From Owenia fusiformis (taxonomy: Eukaryota), in the NCBI GenBank assembly GCA_903813345.2, contig CAIIXF020000001.1, positions 48,484,001 through 48,548,000 of the forward strand: DNA of 64,000 nt, written 5' to 3'. A program made the translations under genes and the position numbers. The notes below the pieces were generated by a model. That model did no database searches. It saw only the letters and a list, made by a program, of their open reading frames with translations, and had not been told where the DNA came from. Below, piece after piece: positions 61,301 to 64,000 of this stretch; position 1 is the stretch's first letter, and the number at the start of each line of letters is the position of its first letter.

Positions 61301-63143
61301 TTCGAGTGATCAATACTGACTATATTAAAACATTTTTCCCTGTTTTGCTAAATATGGAAAGTATATATATGGTTATAGCTACCATATTAGGAGAGAAATG
61401 GTCTGGCCAGGAATGTTCCTTTAAAGGATATATTTGAATTATTTTCACAAATGATGCTTCATAAACAAACCCATTGACTTACACCAAGTTTTATTGGCAC
61501 CCTTCCACTGCAGTTGCCTAAAGATATTGGTGTAAGGCTGCACATCCTCTGTGCCTCTGTATAGACAGCCTCTGTGTATGGAAGTAGTACTCTATCACGC
61601 ATGGATGGCATACGATCCTGGCCAATCACATCGTGAATTTCCTGGCGTAGTTTTTTCTGGATTTCTGGATGGTGAAGGAGCTGTAAGAACAGCCACCTAG
61701 AAGTAATGAGAAACTTTTGCAGAATAAGTACGCAATGATTGGGTTTATATATTTTGATTTTAAAAGAATAATGCACTGATAATGTGGCTGCGTTGGAGTA
61801 GGAGTAGTTACCTTATGTTCGTAGCAGTTGTATCAGTGCCTGCCTGGAAGAGGTCTCCTATAACATGTAGCAGTTGGTCCTCTGGAAAGAAATTTTTAGA
61901 CAACAACATACAGAGTGACCCAAAAACAGAACTGCTCAAAATTGTAATAATTGTAATCAAGCTTATTTTCTATTTTACATTAATACTGTGAGCTCTTCAA
62001 AGTACATGTATAGCCTTATCGTCATATTTGGTCACTCTCTGTACTATACCCTTAACAAAACAAATAGAGAAGCAAAATGTCAAATGAAGAATGTCGTGAA
62101 AGGGTAACTTAACTGTGAAGTATATCAAACTGAAGTATACAATACAATGCTTAATGGTTTTTGAACATGAATTTAAGCAACAGTCCCAGCTAAATGTTTT
62201 TAATGACAGAGTCATGGCAAGTCTTACCATTAAACCAATGCTGTTGTGGGTCATCTTTTCTTTTCTTTATCTCAGCTATATAGGCATCGATGAAGTCCTC
62301 TATATTCTCAGGATCAAACTTTGCAACATGAGCATCATACTCTTTCTTGACAATATTAAAATAGATCTCATCCATATTTTCCTTAAGGCGTTTCATCTTG
62401 AATAGGTCTCCTGGCAGACATTTACTTAGTAGTGTTGCTCCTGGGATAAAGGCAGCTAGACTTGCACGCTTGAAGTTCACGCTGAAGTTTTCATCCATTA
62501 GGTAAAGCATGCGATTCAGTACCGGATCATCATATTCAAATCTATGTCCGAAAACCATTGAGCAGATGACATTAGTGACAGCATTAGTTAAGGTGCTAGC
62601 TTTCATCTGAAATGCCGACCCGTTATAGCTATCAAACACTTCGAAAAGACTTTCCAGCTCAGATGTGATCATTTTCTCCAGCTTATTCTTCCCAAGACCA
62701 AAATCTCTGAGTGTACTAAGGGCAAATCGCCGCTGTTCTTTCCAGCGTGGTCCTTCAATCCCTACTAAACCACCTAATACCATCTCTCTTGTTTCACTAT
62801 CACTACGCCCAGCAAAATCTTCACTGTTAAACACCTGTTGTATGTCATCATAGTTATGTAATAGCACTGCATACTGTCTCCCAAAATAAATTCCAAGTGT
62901 TTCGCTACCAAATTCTTTTGTCATATCTATAAGTTTCCTTGCAGTTAGATTGCCAATTTTGTCATCTGGGTCAGGCTTGAACAGACCCATATTACCGACC
63001 AAGAATTTAGGGGGAGGTCCTGGGGGTAAAATCCAAGGACTGGGTTTGAATTTTCGGTAGAGAATTAAGAAGACAATCAGGAATATGAGGAGTGATGTTA
63101 AGTTGTTCAGCAGGACCTCAACTAGGGTATCTGTTAACCCCAT
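58311..63143 (-). CDS. Cytochrome P450, CYP2 clan, apparently nested in an OPA1 intron
   Basis: Exons 63143-62228, 61881-61812, 61696-61483, 59393-59234, 58492-58311. N-terminal TM + PPGP, WKEQRRF, AGTDTT (I helix), EAQR (ExxR), PERF, FSTGKRKCLGESLARME (heme Cys). Confidence 0.92.
59355..60770 (-). repeat. 57/55-bp tandem array spanning the acceptor of CYP coding exon 4
   Basis: Minus-strand TTTCAG at plus-strand 59394, 59451, 59508 (57-bp spacing), then every 55 bp from 59563 to 60718 (25 sites in total). Confidence 0.97.
60816..61420. mobile_element. Kolobok-like MITE with long TIRs
   Basis: TTAA-AGGAACATTCCTGGCCA ... TGGCCAGGAATGTTCCT-TTAA; inverted homology over ~220 bp. Confidence 0.8.
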
Positions 63144-63780
63144 ATTGTCTGGAATGAAAATATTATCTTATCTTATCTATATCGGGAATTCACAATACTG
63201 TCATCTCATCCTGCCTACAATGAACATTATTATCATTTTATCCTGTCTAGAATGAACAATATTATTGTGTCATCCTTTCTAGAATGAACATTATTATCAT
63301 TTCATTTTGTCTGAAATGAACAATATTATTGTGTCATCCTTTCTAGAATGAACATTATTATCATTTCATTTTGTCTGAAATGAACAATATTATTGCGTCA
63401 CCATGTCTAGAATGAACAATATTATCATTTCATTTGTCTAAAATGAACAATATTATTGTGTCATCCTTTCTAGAATGAACATTATTATCATTTCATTTTG
63501 TCTGAAATGAACAATATTATTGCGTCACCATGTCTAGAATGAACAATATTATCATTTCATTTGTCTGAAAGGAGCAATATTATTGCGTCACCCTGTGTAG
63601 AATGAACAATATTATCATTTCAATTTGTCTGAAATGAGCAATATTATTGTGTCATCCTATCTAGAATGAACAATTTTATTTCATTTTGTCTGAAGTGAGC
63701 AATATTATTGTGTCATCCTTTCGAGAATGAACAATATTTTATCATTTCATTTTGAAATAAATAATATTACAATTTCATCT
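63141..63780 (-). repeat. ~32-bp tandem array (64-bp dimer) spanning the acceptor and start codon of the first CYP coding exon
   Basis: Minus-strand units AATATTGTTCATTTCAG|ACAAAATG and AATAATGTTCATTCTAG|AAAGGATG versus real site AATATTTTCATTCCAG|ACAATATG; about 19 copies. Confidence 0.85.
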
Positions 63781-64000
63781 TTGTTGAATAGATGGCAGAT
63801 AGATATGTAGATAAATACTCTATATGGTTGAAGTAGTTATGGTCAGTTATACCATTACATATGTATGTAGAAAGATACAACATACCAAATTACCTTAATG
63901 TAATCCTCTATTTTTGGTATGCAACTAGAAGATCTTAACATGCAGATTGTGTTTTGACCTGTATAAAATTATGATAATCTAGAATAGAGTATCAACTGCA

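Noticed and set aside
61510..61520. Non-canonical GC donor in CYP exon 3
   Set aside because: A consensus GTAAGT donor at 61482 gives the right phase and the expected spacing to the YxxP motif.

Overview
AT-rich, intron-rich animal genomic DNA (invertebrate; the arginine kinase and gene structures suggest a lophotrochozoan, but the species cannot be determined). Seven protein-coding genes were reconstructed by hand from splice sites and reading phase: the 3' end of an LPP/zyxin-family LIM gene (+), an ACOT7-like acyl-CoA thioesterase (+), arginine kinase (-), GTF2H2/TFIIH p44 (-), OPA1 (+, head-to-head with GTF2H2, running out of the window), and two genes on the opposite strand inside OPA1 introns (a collagen+fibrinogen ficolin-like gene and a CYP2-clan P450). 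Introns carry many non-autonomous DNA transposons (Tc1/mariner-, Kolobok-, piggyBac- and Helentron/HINE-like). The most striking unexplained signal is that tandem repeats recur exactly on splice sites. At least five arrays in four unrelated genes have a unit that is a copy of the exon-intron junction: LPP acceptor x23+, GTF2H2 donor x18, OPA1 donor x6, CYP internal acceptor x25, and CYP acceptor+ATG x~19. Each array is a run of decoy or alternative splice sites next to the inferred real one. Coordinates were counted manually and may be off by a few bases.
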